A DNA stretch of 23,444 nucleotides from Chthoniobacteraceae bacterium (GCA_031409335.1 JANNWY010000242.1:1-23444), one strand, 5' to 3'; shown: positions 1 to 8,505, counted from the first letter of the stretch. A program made the numbers and translations. Notes: a model not told the origin generated them from the letters alone.

Positions 1-59
1 TCCTCTGCGAGGCGTTTTGTTCGTTCTGTTTCGCTCAACTCGGTGTCCTTTTTGTTCAT
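1..59 (-). CDS. Possible 5' end of a gene running off the left edge (MNKKDTELSETERTKRLAE...)
   Basis: Minus-strand ATG at 59 is open to position 1 and preceded by an AT-rich, promoter-like stretch (60-141). Only 19 codons are visible and the product is unknown. Confidence 0.3.
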   Translation of the reverse strand, partial: MNKKDTELSETERTKRLAE

Positions 60-129
60 GGACGCGGGAATCTAAGCACATGCACAAAAAAGTACAGTTA
101 TGGTATTTATATTCTTTGCCATTCCACTT

Positions 130-480
130 TTAACCACACCCATCGCTGCCATACCCGGCGATATGCTTTTGCACCCAGCCGAACGATTTCGCAACATCGC
201 GAATGAGCGCGCCCATGTCCACGTCGGGCAGCAGCCGGTAATTGGTGGAGACGAACACGAACCCTTTGTCCATGAACCATTGCGGCTTGAGCTTCACGTC
301 GCTCTTATCGCCCATCTGCCAGCCACCGCCGTGAATCCAGAAGACGACGGGGAGATCCTTGGCATTCGGCGGGGCGTAGATGTCGAGCACCTGTCGCTCG
401 CGGCCGTTCTCGACGTAGGGGATGTTGCGTGTTGTGGGTGTGGTCTGCGCGTGGACTTGCGACAGAAGCGCGACGGCGAT
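130..480 (-). pseudogene. Truncated secreted alpha/beta-hydrolase (HGGG-type carboxylesterase) fragment
   Basis: Frame reads [61 protein letters not shown], then stops before the expected GxSxG nucleophile motif. The ORF track shows no in-frame start upstream of the signal-peptide remnant. Confidence 0.75.
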
Positions 481-615
481 CTCGCGCGGGCAGCTCGTAT
501 CGCCACCTCTGGTGGGAGGGCGGGTGAAAACTGTGTTCAGCGATCGGTTTTCGGCTTCTACTGTGGTGCGCGGCGCGAGATGCTACCGCGCGATTCCACC
601 CTTTATCCCATCGTT

Positions 616-981
616 TTGTTTCAAATCGTCTTCAACCAACTGAGCGCTGCCGAGATGGCTGCGCTGCCAAAAGAGATGCAGCTCGAATTGCTCGCGGAGT
701 TTCAGTTTCTCCCGGAAGACCTCGACAATCTGGACCCGGAAAAATTTGGCGCGATCGAGCGCGATGGGAAGAAGCTGCTGCGCTACCGGGCGCTCGATTA
801 CCGGATTTATTTTGAGAAGACCGACGACGGGATCACGGTCCAGCGCGTCCTGCACAAGAATACGATCCGCGACTTCCTGTTCCGCGTGAAACTTCCGATG
901 CCGCAGGAAGACGAGCAACTGAGCCAGAAGAAGGAATTCTGGAAGCTGATCGAGGACGGCGAAAGGACGCGGACGCGTTGA
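616..981 (+). CDS. RelE/ParE-like fold protein with C-terminal extension; no adjacent antitoxin
   Basis: Likely TTG start at 616 (MFQIVFN). LLRYRALDYRIYFEK..ITVQRVLHK resembles the RelE YRLRVGDYRIIY..V.H motif. The part of ORF 100..981 upstream of 616 is largely antisense to the esterase fragment. Confidence 0.72.
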   Translation: MFQIVFNQLSAAEMAALPKEMQLELLAEFQFLPEDLDNLDPEKFGAIERDGKKLLRYRALDYRIYFEKTDDGITVQRVLHKNTIRDFLFRVKLPMPQEDEQLSQKKEFWKLIEDGERTRTR

Positions 982-1244
982 GCCGGCGCGCGATCGCGTG
1001 GATCGTTTTGGGGGTGATCGCGGCGCATCTTGCGGCGTTTTCAGTCGTCAGCCGGATGAAGGCGCGGCCTGCGGCGAAGTATGTGCCGCCGCCGAATTTC
1101 GGCTACAAGACGACGACTTACATCGACCCGGCGACGGGTGAAAAAACCATCGAGCGCGAGATCCGCGTGAGCACGAAACTGGCGCCGCCGGGGACGTATG
1201 AAGCGCAGCCGAAACCAGCAAGGTCCGCATCCACCACACCATGA
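978..1244 (+). CDS. Small hypothetical protein with N-terminal membrane anchor/signal
   Basis: TTGA overlap with the upstream stop and ATGA overlap with the downstream start; hydrophobic AIAWIVLGVIAAHLAAFSVV followed by a Pro/Thr-rich segment. Confidence 0.6.
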   Translation: MSRRAIAWIVLGVIAAHLAAFSVVSRMKARPAAKYVPPPNFGYKTTTYIDPATGEKTIEREIRVSTKLAPPGTYEAQPKPARSASTTP

Positions 1245-2392
1245 ATTTCTTCCCAAATGAAGCCGAACGCCGCGACCGTTTCCCGATCTGCCGCGACAAA
1301 ATCTTCTTCGCACACGCCGCCGTTGCGCCTTTCCCGGGATGTGTCGCGGATGAGATTGTGCGCTACACCGGCCAGTCGGCTTCGCATCCGCAGGAATTCG
1401 CGGACGTGCTGCGCGACATCAAAAATGCGCGGCGGGTTTGCGCGGATTTTATCGGGGCGAATGCGGACGAGATCGCGCTGCTCGGGCCGACTTCGCTGGG
1501 GCTGAGTCTCGTGGCGAATGGGATGCCGTGGGCGGCGGGCGACGAGGTGTTGTGCTATCAGGGCGACTATCCGGCGAATGTATATCCGTGGCTCGATCTT
1601 CGGCGGCGCGGGGTCGTGGTGCGGTATCTGGAGCCCGCGCAAATCGGCGAGATCACGCCGGAACTCGTGGCCGCGGCGCTGACTCCACGCACGCGGCTGG
1701 TCGCGCTGGCGAGCTGCCATTTTTTCACCGGATACCGCATCGACGTGGACGCGATCGGCGCGCTGCTGCACGAGCGCGGCGTGCTGTTTTCGCTCGATGC
1801 GATCCAGACGCTGGGGGCGTTTCCGACGCGCGTAACGCATGTCGATTTTCTCAGCGCCGACGCGCACAAGTGGATGCTCGGGCCGTGCGCGGCGGGGATC
1901 GTCTATGTGAAGCGGGCGCATTTTGAAATGCTGAGGCCGACGCTGCTCGGGGCGTGGAATGTGGTGTCACCGAACTTTCAGACGCAGGATGAAATCAAGT
2001 TTGTCCCGACGGCGCAGCGCTATGAGCCGGGCGTGCTGAACATCATCGGCATCTACGGAATGAAGGCGGCGATCGAGCTGCTGATGGGCGTCGGCATCGA
2101 AGCGGTGGGCGCGCGGTTGATGGAGTTGAAAGCGCACTTGCTCGCACAGATCGAGCCGCTCGGCTTCCGCGTCCTCGGCCCGCGCGAAGGCTCGGCGGCG
2201 AGCGGGATCACGACCTTTCGCCACGACACCGCCAGCTCGACACCGCTTTTCGCCGCGCTCGAAAAAGCCAACGTCACAGCTTCGCTGCGGCACGATCGTG
2301 CAGGACGCGACTACCTGCGTTTCAGCCCGCACTTTTACAACACCGAGGCCGAGATCCACACGGCGGTGCGCGTGCTGCGCGAGGCGCTCTGA
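1241..2392 (+). CDS. Class V PLP-dependent aminotransferase-fold enzyme
   Basis: Motifs LDAIQTLG, SADAHKWMLGP (PLP lysine), RYEPG and LRFSPHFYNT. Confidence 0.9.
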   Translation: MNFFPNEAERRDRFPICRDKIFFAHAAVAPFPGCVADEIVRYTGQSASHPQEFADVLRDIKNARRVCADFIGANADEIALLGPTSLGLSLVANGMPWAAGDEVLCYQGDYPANVYPWLDLRRRGVVVRYLEPAQIGEITPELVAAALTPRTRLVALASCHFFTGYRIDVDAIGALLHERGVLFSLDAIQTLGAFPTRVTHVDFLSADAHKWMLGPCAAGIVYVKRAHFEMLRPTLLGAWNVVSPNFQTQDEIKFVPTAQRYEPGVLNIIGIYGMKAAIELLMGVGIEAVGARLMELKAHLLAQIEPLGFRVLGPREGSAASGITTFRHDTASSTPLFAALEKANVTASLRHDRAGRDYLRFSPHFYNTEAEIHTAVRVLREAL

Positions 2393-3576
2393 TGCACGAG
2401 CGCGGTGAACGGCTCCGCCTGGCGCTGCTCTTTTTCCTGCACGCGCAGGCGGCGGGGATTTGGGGGCTGGCGATGAGCAATGTGCTGCGCGCGCACGGGC
2501 TGGAGCGCATCGTGCCTTACACCTTCGCGTGCGCGGCGGTGGCGGCGATGATTTCGCCGCTGATCCTCGGCTCACTCGCGGATCAGCACATCCCCGCAAA
2601 CCGGCTCCTGCGCTGGCTCGCCGTGGGCACGTCGCTTTTTCTCGGGCTCACGTCGCTGGCGATCGAGCGCGACTGGGGGATGGGGAGCGTGCTCGCGCTG
2701 CTGCAAATGCAGTCGCTGTGCGCCGCGCCGATGTGGGGGATCACGACGACGATCATCCTCGCGCGGCTGCGCGAGCCGGACCGTGAGTTCGGGCCGATCC
2801 GGGTGTGGGGCACGATCGGTTTTATGTCGGGCGGCTGGCTCACGAGTTTCGTGCTGCTGGCGGATAGCTCGACGCGCGCCGGGTTTGCCGCGAGCGCGCT
2901 CTGGCTGGGCATCGCGGCGTTCACGTTCGTGCTGCATGAAGTGCCGCCGCTCGGCGCTGGTGCGGTGCGTTCGTGGCGCGACTTGCTCGGGCTGCCCGCG
3001 CTGGCGCTGCTCGCGCACCGCGATCATCGCGTGGTTTTCCTGACGGCGGCGCTGTTCAGCGCGCCGCTCGCGGCGTTCTTTCCCTTTGCGGCGCTGCATC
3101 TCGGCGATCTCGGCGTGCATAAAATCGCCGCCGCATTTTCGCTCGGGCAGCTCACGGAAATCATCGCGATGTACGGATTGTCGGGACTGCTCGTGCGGGT
3201 GCGGTTGAAGTGGATTTTTCTCACCGGCATCGGCTTCGGCGCTGTGCGCTTTGCGCTGTTCGCGCTGGATACCAAAGTGGGCCTGATCGCCGGGATCGCG
3301 CTCCACGGGCTGTGCTACACGCTCTTTTTCATCACCGCGCAGCTTTATCTGGAAAAGCGTATCGACCCGCAACTCCGCGCCCGCGCACAGGCTTTGCTGA
3401 CGCTGATGACCGCTGGCATTGGCACGCTCGCGGGTTCAGTCGCGTGTGACTGGTGGCGGATTTCGTGCAGAACCGGCACGCTCACGGACTGGCCGCATTT
3501 CTGGCTCGGGCTCACAGCGGTCATCGTGACAGTGTTTGTGTTCTTCGCTGCGGCGTATCGCGGCACACGGCATTGA
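2392..3576 (+). CDS. MFS transporter, nucleoside:H+ symporter (NupG/XapB-like) family
   Basis: About 12 hydrophobic segments; FGPIRVWGTIGF, LGQLTEI, LHGLCYTLFFITAQLYL and RARAQAL motifs; TGATG coupling to the upstream gene. Confidence 0.87.
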   Translation: MHERGERLRLALLFFLHAQAAGIWGLAMSNVLRAHGLERIVPYTFACAAVAAMISPLILGSLADQHIPANRLLRWLAVGTSLFLGLTSLAIERDWGMGSVLALLQMQSLCAAPMWGITTTIILARLREPDREFGPIRVWGTIGFMSGGWLTSFVLLADSSTRAGFAASALWLGIAAFTFVLHEVPPLGAGAVRSWRDLLGLPALALLAHRDHRVVFLTAALFSAPLAAFFPFAALHLGDLGVHKIAAAFSLGQLTEIIAMYGLSGLLVRVRLKWIFLTGIGFGAVRFALFALDTKVGLIAGIALHGLCYTLFFITAQLYLEKRIDPQLRARAQALLTLMTAGIGTLAGSVACDWWRISCRTGTLTDWPHFWLGLTAVIVTVFVFFAAAYRGTRH

Positions 3577-3590
3577 GCCAAGTCGCCGAC

Positions 3591-3908
3591 CTACGAAAAC
3601 TTCACGTTCTTCCCCGGCTCCATCTCGAAATTGTAGGTCTCTTTCTCGGTCGTGTTTGCGCGGATCACGTCCACGATGAATTTCATGTAAATCGGGTCTT
3701 CCTCGGTCATCGCGAGTTTTTCGAGAGATTCAAAATCGAGGGCAACGAAGAACTTCCACTCGTTGACTGGATCGATGTTTTTGCCGCATTTGACGCTCAG
3801 GATTTCCGGGATTTTCAGGAGGCTCATGCGGGTCGTCATCATCATCCCTTCGAGTTGGTCGGGCGTGATCTCAGGCTTGAGTTTGAAGAGCGAGACGTGG
3901 TGGACCAT
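3591..3908 (-). CDS. Dabb family (stress-responsive A/B barrel) protein
   Basis: ATG at 3908 gives MVHHVSLFKLK..KIPEILSVKCGKN..LDFES, the typical Dabb pattern; 105 aa. Confidence 0.85.
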   Translation of the reverse strand: MVHHVSLFKLKPEITPDQLEGMMMTTRMSLLKIPEILSVKCGKNIDPVNEWKFFVALDFESLEKLAMTEEDPIYMKFIVDVIRANTTEKETYNFEMEPGKNVKFS

Positions 3909-3959
3909 GAGTGCGGGTCTTGTAGAAACTCGGAGTGAATCAGGCAAGGGATTCCACCG

Positions 3960-4005
3960 AAAAAAGAAACCGGGCGGCAAGTCGGCAATCCGACTCGCCG
4001 CCCGG
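3960..4005 (-). terminator. Rho-independent terminator downstream of nuoA
   Basis: Minus strand reads CCGGGCGGCGAGTCGG-ATTG-CCGACTTGCCGCCCGG (16-bp stem with one G-U pair) followed by TTTCTTTTTT. Confidence 0.8.
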
Positions 4006-4026
4006 CGTGGGAAGGAGAAAAACAGG

Positions 4027-4398
4027 TCAGCGCTTCCAGTCGAGCGCGCCTTTCATGATCGCATAGACGTAGCCGACGGTGAGGATTCCGACGAAACTCA
4101 GCATGCTCCAAAAGATCGTCCGATCGCCCTGCGCAATGAAATCGCGATAAACGACCGCCCACGGGTAGGAGAAGACGATTTCGATATCGAACAGGATGAA
4201 GAGCATCGCCACGAGGTAGAACTTCACGCTGAACCGCGGCTGGCTCGGGCCTTCGGCGGGCATCCCGCATTCGTAGGCGGAATCCTTGGCGGCATTGCGT
4301 TTGCCGGCTTTGCCGAGGATGACACTGAAAATCAGCGCCGACGCGGCAAAGCCGATGGCGATGATGACTTGAAGCAGGATGGGCAGATACTCTTTCAC
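4027..4398 (-). CDS. nuoA: NADH-quinone oxidoreductase subunit A
   Basis: KDSAYECG, RFSVKFYLVAMLFILFDIEIVF.YPWA and KGALDW motifs; three TM helices; GTG start. Confidence 0.95.
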   Translation of the reverse strand: MKEYLPILLQVIIAIGFAASALIFSVILGKAGKRNAAKDSAYECGMPAEGPSQPRFSVKFYLVAMLFILFDIEIVFSYPWAVVYRDFIAQGDRTIFWSMLSFVGILTVGYVYAIMKGALDWKR

Positions 4399-4429
4399 GA
4401 TGATTCTTTCTGATCGGCGGACGGCGTCG

Positions 4430-4735
4430 CTATGCCACCGGGACCGGCGGTGTCACGCGGGGCTGGAATGTTTCGAGCGTCGCGAGCTGTTTGGGGATGC
4501 CTTTGTACTTTTTGCCGTCCTTTTTTACCATGCCGCGTCCCACCAGGTTTTGGAGCTTTTCGTAGGTGCGCAAGCGCAGCATTTCCTCGCCGCTGTTGGC
4601 GGCATTCCGGGCTCTCAAGTTTTCGTGGACGACTGCAAAGAGATCCTTGAAATCGAAAGTGGTGCGTGACGAAAGCGCGGACGCGAGCTCTTCAGTCACC
4701 AAATCCGGGAGGCGACGGGAAAATGCGGTTTTCAT
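4430..4735 (-). CDS. Hypothetical basic protein, possibly winged-helix-like
   Basis: ATG at 4735 (MKTAFSRRLPDLV); helical EEMLRLRTYEKLQNLVGRGMVKKDGKKY resembles a wHTH recognition helix plus wing; 101 aa. The fold is inferred. Confidence 0.72.
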   Translation of the reverse strand: MKTAFSRRLPDLVTEELASALSSRTTFDFKDLFAVVHENLRARNAANSGEEMLRLRTYEKLQNLVGRGMVKKDGKKYKGIPKQLATLETFQPRVTPPVPVA

Positions 4736-4756
4736 GGGAATCGGCTCAAGGCGCGG

Positions 4757-4784
4757 ATCGTAACAGAGCATCCATCGCGGTCAC
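4757..4784 (-). promoter_or_regulatory. Candidate sigma70-type promoter for the 4735 gene and nuoA
   Basis: Minus strand GTGACC-N16-TACGAT with a TGn extended -10. Confidence 0.35.
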
Positions 4785-4816
4785 GAAAAATGTCCGGGAA
4801 ATGTCGAAATCGTACT

Positions 4817-5317
4817 TCATCCCGAAACGACCGCGCGGCTGTAGATGTAGTCATCCATCACGAACCCGCCGCCGATGTCGAAGACCGCTTCCTCGACCAG
4901 CGCAAAACCGAATCGCGCGTAAGCCCGTTGCGCCCGCACGTTCGCCTTGTTGACTTGAAGCCGCACTTCCCGCGATCCGCGTTCGGCGGCGAGGGCGAAA
5001 ACACGCTCCAGCATCTCCTGACCGAGCCCTTTCCCGTGGAGCGCCGGCAGCAGATACAGCTTGTGCAGTTTCGCGATGCCGCCCGTGGAAAAGGTGATCG
5101 AGAGGAAACCCGCGTTGCCATCATCCCGCCTTACGATTTCCCAATGAACGCCCTCGGCAATCTCCCGCCCGATCGTTTCCGCCGAATACATCCAGGCGAG
5201 CATGAAGGCGATCTGCTCTCGCGATATGATGTCCGCGTAGGACTCGGACCAAATGCGTGTCGCAAGGCTGCGCAGGGTCGGGATGTCGGTGAGGCTGGCG
5301 GGATGGAATGTGAGCAC
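4817..5317 (-). CDS. GNAT family N-acetyltransferase
   Basis: KLHKLYLLPALHGKGLG (motif A) and LQVNKANVRAQRAYARFGF (motif B). Confidence 0.88.
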   Translation of the reverse strand: MLTFHPASLTDIPTLRSLATRIWSESYADIISREQIAFMLAWMYSAETIGREIAEGVHWEIVRRDDGNAGFLSITFSTGGIAKLHKLYLLPALHGKGLGQEMLERVFALAAERGSREVRLQVNKANVRAQRAYARFGFALVEEAVFDIGGGFVMDDYIYSRAVVSG

Positions 5318-5411
5318 GGAAATGCGGCTGGCTGGATGCGCAAATGGATGCGGTCAATCACGGTGCCGAGTCAAGGAACGCGAAGGGTATGGGCGATTCC
5401 GGGATTTCCCC

Positions 5412-5440
5412 TTGACCGCCTGTAGGGTCGCCGCCATTAT
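5412..5440 (+). promoter_or_regulatory. Candidate sigma70 promoter of rpmB
   Basis: TTGACC-N17-CATTAT, ending 23 nt before the ATG. Confidence 0.55.
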
Positions 5441-5463
5441 CCGCGTCCCATTCACGAATTTTT

Positions 5464-5724
5464 ATGAAAGTTTGCAGCATTACCAAAGCAAGACCGACGA
5501 AAGGCTCCATCATCCATCGGCGAGGGTTGGCCAAGAAAAAAGGCGGCATCGGGCAGCATGTGACCAAGGTCGTGCCGCGGATGTTCACGCCGAATCTCAA
5601 GACCCGGCGGCTGTGGGTGACTGAGTTGAACCGTTTCGTAACCGTGAAACTCACGGTGCGGGCGCTGAAGACGGTCACCAAGAACGGAGCCTACGCTACG
5701 CTGAAAAAGGCGGGCATCGTCTAA
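5464..5724 (+). CDS. rpmB: 50S ribosomal protein L28
   Basis: MKVCSIT..RRGLAKKKGGIG..R.F.PNL..RLWVTELNRFVTVKLTVRALKT, the long L28 form; single Cys. Confidence 0.93.
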   Translation: MKVCSITKARPTKGSIIHRRGLAKKKGGIGQHVTKVVPRMFTPNLKTRRLWVTELNRFVTVKLTVRALKTVTKNGAYATLKKAGIV

Positions 5725-5765
5725 CTTCCCCAGCGGTTTCGCTCAACCCCCGACCCTTACGCATC

Positions 5766-5969
5766 ATGTCTTTTTCCGTCATCAGCAAGAAATCTGGAAA
5801 GACCTACTTTCTCCACGAGCGCAAGCAGATCCTGAAAGGCGGGCAGCAAGTGACGCTGTATTACTTCGGGGGCGAGGCAAAGGAGGGTGCGATCGACGCA
5901 CTGCCCGACGGATATGAGGTTTCCGAAAACACAAAAACCGGACTCCCGCTGCTGAAAAAGAAGAAGTAA
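5766..5969 (+). CDS. Small hypothetical protein (67 aa)
   Basis: Protein-like GKTYFLH..L.GG..TLYYF..LPDGYEV.EN..TGLPLLKKK, a pattern I recall from widespread uncharacterised small proteins; co-oriented with rpmB. Confidence 0.8.
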   Translation: MSFSVISKKSGKTYFLHERKQILKGGQQVTLYYFGGEAKEGAIDALPDGYEVSENTKTGLPLLKKKK

Positions 5970-5993
5970 CTGCGCAGCGACATTGAAAAATTT

Positions 5994-6025
5994 CTGGCGG
6001 CGAGGAGCATGTCTCCCGCCGCCAG
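5994..6025 (+). terminator. GC-rich hairpin, possible terminator
   Basis: CTGGCGGCG..GGAG-CATGT-CTCC-CGCCGCCAG with only a weak T tract (CTTCGTTT) downstream and AAAAATTT upstream. Confidence 0.4.
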
Positions 6026-6050
6026 CTTCGTTTCCGCGCCAAGTGGAAAC

Positions 6051-6078
6051 TCCTAAATCCTAAATCCCAATTCCTAAA
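6051..6078 (+). repeat. Heptamer tandem repeat (TCCTAAA x4, one degenerate)
   Basis: TCCTAAA TCCTAAA TCCCAAT TCCTAAA, ending 3 nt before the ATG at 6082. Confidence 0.7.
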
Positions 6079-6081
6079 TTC

Positions 6082-7029
6082 ATGAAGCCCGTTCCCGTTT
6101 CCATCCTCACCGGTTTCCTCGGCGCGGGGAAAACCACGCTGCTCAACTACATCCTCAAGCAGCAGCACGGCTACAAATTCGCCGTAATCGTCAATGAAGT
6201 CGGCAAGATCGGCATCGACGGCGCGCTGATCGAAAAGACCGAGGACGACGTGCTCGAAATGAGCAACGGCTGCCTCTGCTGCACGGTGCGCAAGGACCTC
6301 GTCAAAGGCGTCCAGAATTTGCTGAAAAAAGGCGGCTTCGACTACCTGCTCATCGAGACCACCGGCATCGCCGACCCCGGCCCGGTCGCGCAGACGTTTC
6401 TGAATATCCCCGCGCTCCAGCAAGTCGTCCGCATGGATTCGATCATCACCGTGATCGACGCCGAGCAGGTCGAGAAGCAACTCGCCGAAACCGAGACCGT
6501 CCGCGAGCAGATCGCGATGGCCGATTTCCTCCTGCTCAACAAAACCGACCTCGTCGATGAACCGCACCTCGCCCGCATCGAGGCAAAGGCGCGCGAACTC
6601 AACCCGCACGCGCAAATCTTCCGCACGAACCACTCGCAGGTGAACCTCAAGGAGATGCTCGACATGCACGCCTTCGACGTGGACCAAAAGCTCGCCGTCG
6701 ATCCACAATTCCTCGACGAACTCAACACGCGGCATCACCACGACATCCAATCGTTCTCGTTCGAATTCGACCGTCCATTCAGCGTGGAAAAGTTCGAGTT
6801 CTTCGTCCAGGAGTTGAGCGAAAAGGAAAAGGTCTATCGCTCCAAAGGCTTCATCAGCATCGCCGGCAATCCCCGCCGCGCCATCTTCCACGGCGTGAAC
6901 AACCGCTTCACGATCCTCTGGGACCGGCTCTGGGAAAAGGCCGAAACGCGCACCAGCCAGCTCGTCTTCATCGGAAAAAATCTCGACGAGCCCGCCATCC
7001 GCGCGCAGCTCGAAAAGTGTCTCGCTTAA
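6082..7029 (+). CDS. COG0523 (CobW/YjiA/ZigA) G3E metallochaperone GTPase
   Basis: [17 protein letters not shown] metal motif, [16 protein letters not shown] linker, and CobW_C motifs YRSKG and LVFIG. Confidence 0.93.
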   Translation: MKPVPVSILTGFLGAGKTTLLNYILKQQHGYKFAVIVNEVGKIGIDGALIEKTEDDVLEMSNGCLCCTVRKDLVKGVQNLLKKGGFDYLLIETTGIADPGPVAQTFLNIPALQQVVRMDSIITVIDAEQVEKQLAETETVREQIAMADFLLLNKTDLVDEPHLARIEAKARELNPHAQIFRTNHSQVNLKEMLDMHAFDVDQKLAVDPQFLDELNTRHHHDIQSFSFEFDRPFSVEKFEFFVQELSEKEKVYRSKGFISIAGNPRRAIFHGVNNRFTILWDRLWEKAETRTSQLVFIGKNLDEPAIRAQLEKCLA

Positions 7030-7474
7030 CGCGAAGCCGCCGGCGGAATTGACTCAGGCACGGACGGAATTTTTTCAGCCGAGGTCGGGGATTGCCGCCG
7101 CGCAAGCCGCGCATTCGCGTTCATCGAGAAAACGCATCGCTCCGCCGTCGAAGTAGAGTTGGATGCGGCGGATCACTTTCTCAGCGGATTTGGGATGATG
7201 TCATGGGAATCACCCTGGCAGCCCACGCCGCGGGTGCTCTGGCGATCAAAGGACGTTGTCGGCAATTTGGACGCCATTGCGCAGATTCAGGACGGAAACT
7301 TGACGCACCCCCGGCTTGACTCATGGTTCTGCTGTCCTTTGCCATTGATCCCCATGCTTGGAATTACGAAACGACTTAAGTCACTGAACCTGCCGCGAAT
7401 CACCCGTCGCGCCTTCAGTGTTCCCCGGAGGGAGCGTCTGGGCCGCCATGACTTTTTCTAGCCCTCCCCGGTCC

Positions 7475-8467
7475 ATGCTTGCCGATACTTCCCCGCTCCA
7501 GCCGATCGACATGCACGTTCACCTTGTCGGCAATGGCTTGCGCGGCAGCGGCTGCTGGCTGCGGCTGGCGTGGACGCGCAGACCGCTGGCGAAATGGATG
7601 GCGAGCCACATCGGGATGCCGGTGAGCTTTGATGATCCGGCGTGGGATGAAACGTACGTGGCGCATCTCGCGCGGCTCGTACGGGAGTCGTCGATGAGCG
7701 CGGCGGTGCTGCTCGCGCAGGACGAGGTTTATCTCCCGGACGGGAAGAAGATGACGAACTTTGGCTCGTTTTACGTCCCGAACGAATACGTCTTCAAGGT
7801 GGCGCGCGAGAACCCGGAATTTCTCCCCGCGTGCTCGATCCATCCCGCGCGTCCGGATGCGATGGATGAGCTGGAACGCTGTCTGGAGGCTGGCGCGGTG
7901 GCCATGAAGTGTCTGCCGAACTGTCACAACATCGACTGCAACGACACGCGCTACCGGCCGTTCTGGGAGCGGATGGCGGCGGCGGGTTTGCCACTGCTGG
8001 CGCACACTGGGGGCGAGCATACCGTTCCCGTCATCGAGCAGAAATTCTCCGATCCACGCACGCTGCGGCTGCCGCTGGAGTGCGGCGTGAATGTGATCGC
8101 GGCGCATTGCGCGACGAAAAGCGGGCTGGGTGATCCCGAATACTTTTTCGTACTGGCGGAAATGTTCACACAGCACTCGAACCTCTACGGCGACACGAGC
8201 GCGTTTAACGTTCCGCTCCGCGGTCGCCATGTGCGCGCATGCCTCGGGGAAGAAATCGCGCCGCGCCTCGTGCACGGCAGCGATTTTCCCGTCCCCATCC
8301 TCGGCCACTGGCGCTGGCTGCACGGGATCGGCACGCGCGCGGACCTGCGCCGCTGCCATGCGATCCGCAACGTGATCGAGCGCGACTACCAGTTGAAAGT
8401 GGCGTGGGGATTTCCGGCGGAACATTTCACGCGGATTCACGCGATCCTGCGGAGAGGGACGCGGTGA
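7475..8467 (+). CDS. Amidohydrolase family (Amidohydro_2-type) metallo-hydrolase
   Basis: IDMHVH, SIHP, LAHTG.E, IAAHCA, YGDTSA and HGSDFP motifs; alternative start at 7448. Confidence 0.88.
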   Translation: MLADTSPLQPIDMHVHLVGNGLRGSGCWLRLAWTRRPLAKWMASHIGMPVSFDDPAWDETYVAHLARLVRESSMSAAVLLAQDEVYLPDGKKMTNFGSFYVPNEYVFKVARENPEFLPACSIHPARPDAMDELERCLEAGAVAMKCLPNCHNIDCNDTRYRPFWERMAAAGLPLLAHTGGEHTVPVIEQKFSDPRTLRLPLECGVNVIAAHCATKSGLGDPEYFFVLAEMFTQHSNLYGDTSAFNVPLRGRHVRACLGEEIAPRLVHGSDFPVPILGHWRWLHGIGTRADLRRCHAIRNVIERDYQLKVAWGFPAEHFTRIHAILRRGTR

Positions 8468-8505
8468 AATTCCGGGGCGGGATCAAGGCGAACGCATCAA
8501 AAAAT

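Noticed and set aside
100..615. N-terminal 172 aa of ORF 100..981
   Set aside because: Largely antisense to the esterase fragment; the RelE-like sequence begins only at about 616.
7078..7461. Short ORFs in the gap after the COG0523 gene (7159..7461 +, 7092..7319 +, and a minus-strand KVIRRIQLYFDGG fragment)
   Set aside because: No recognisable motif or convincing start; possibly decayed coding DNA, but I cannot support a call.
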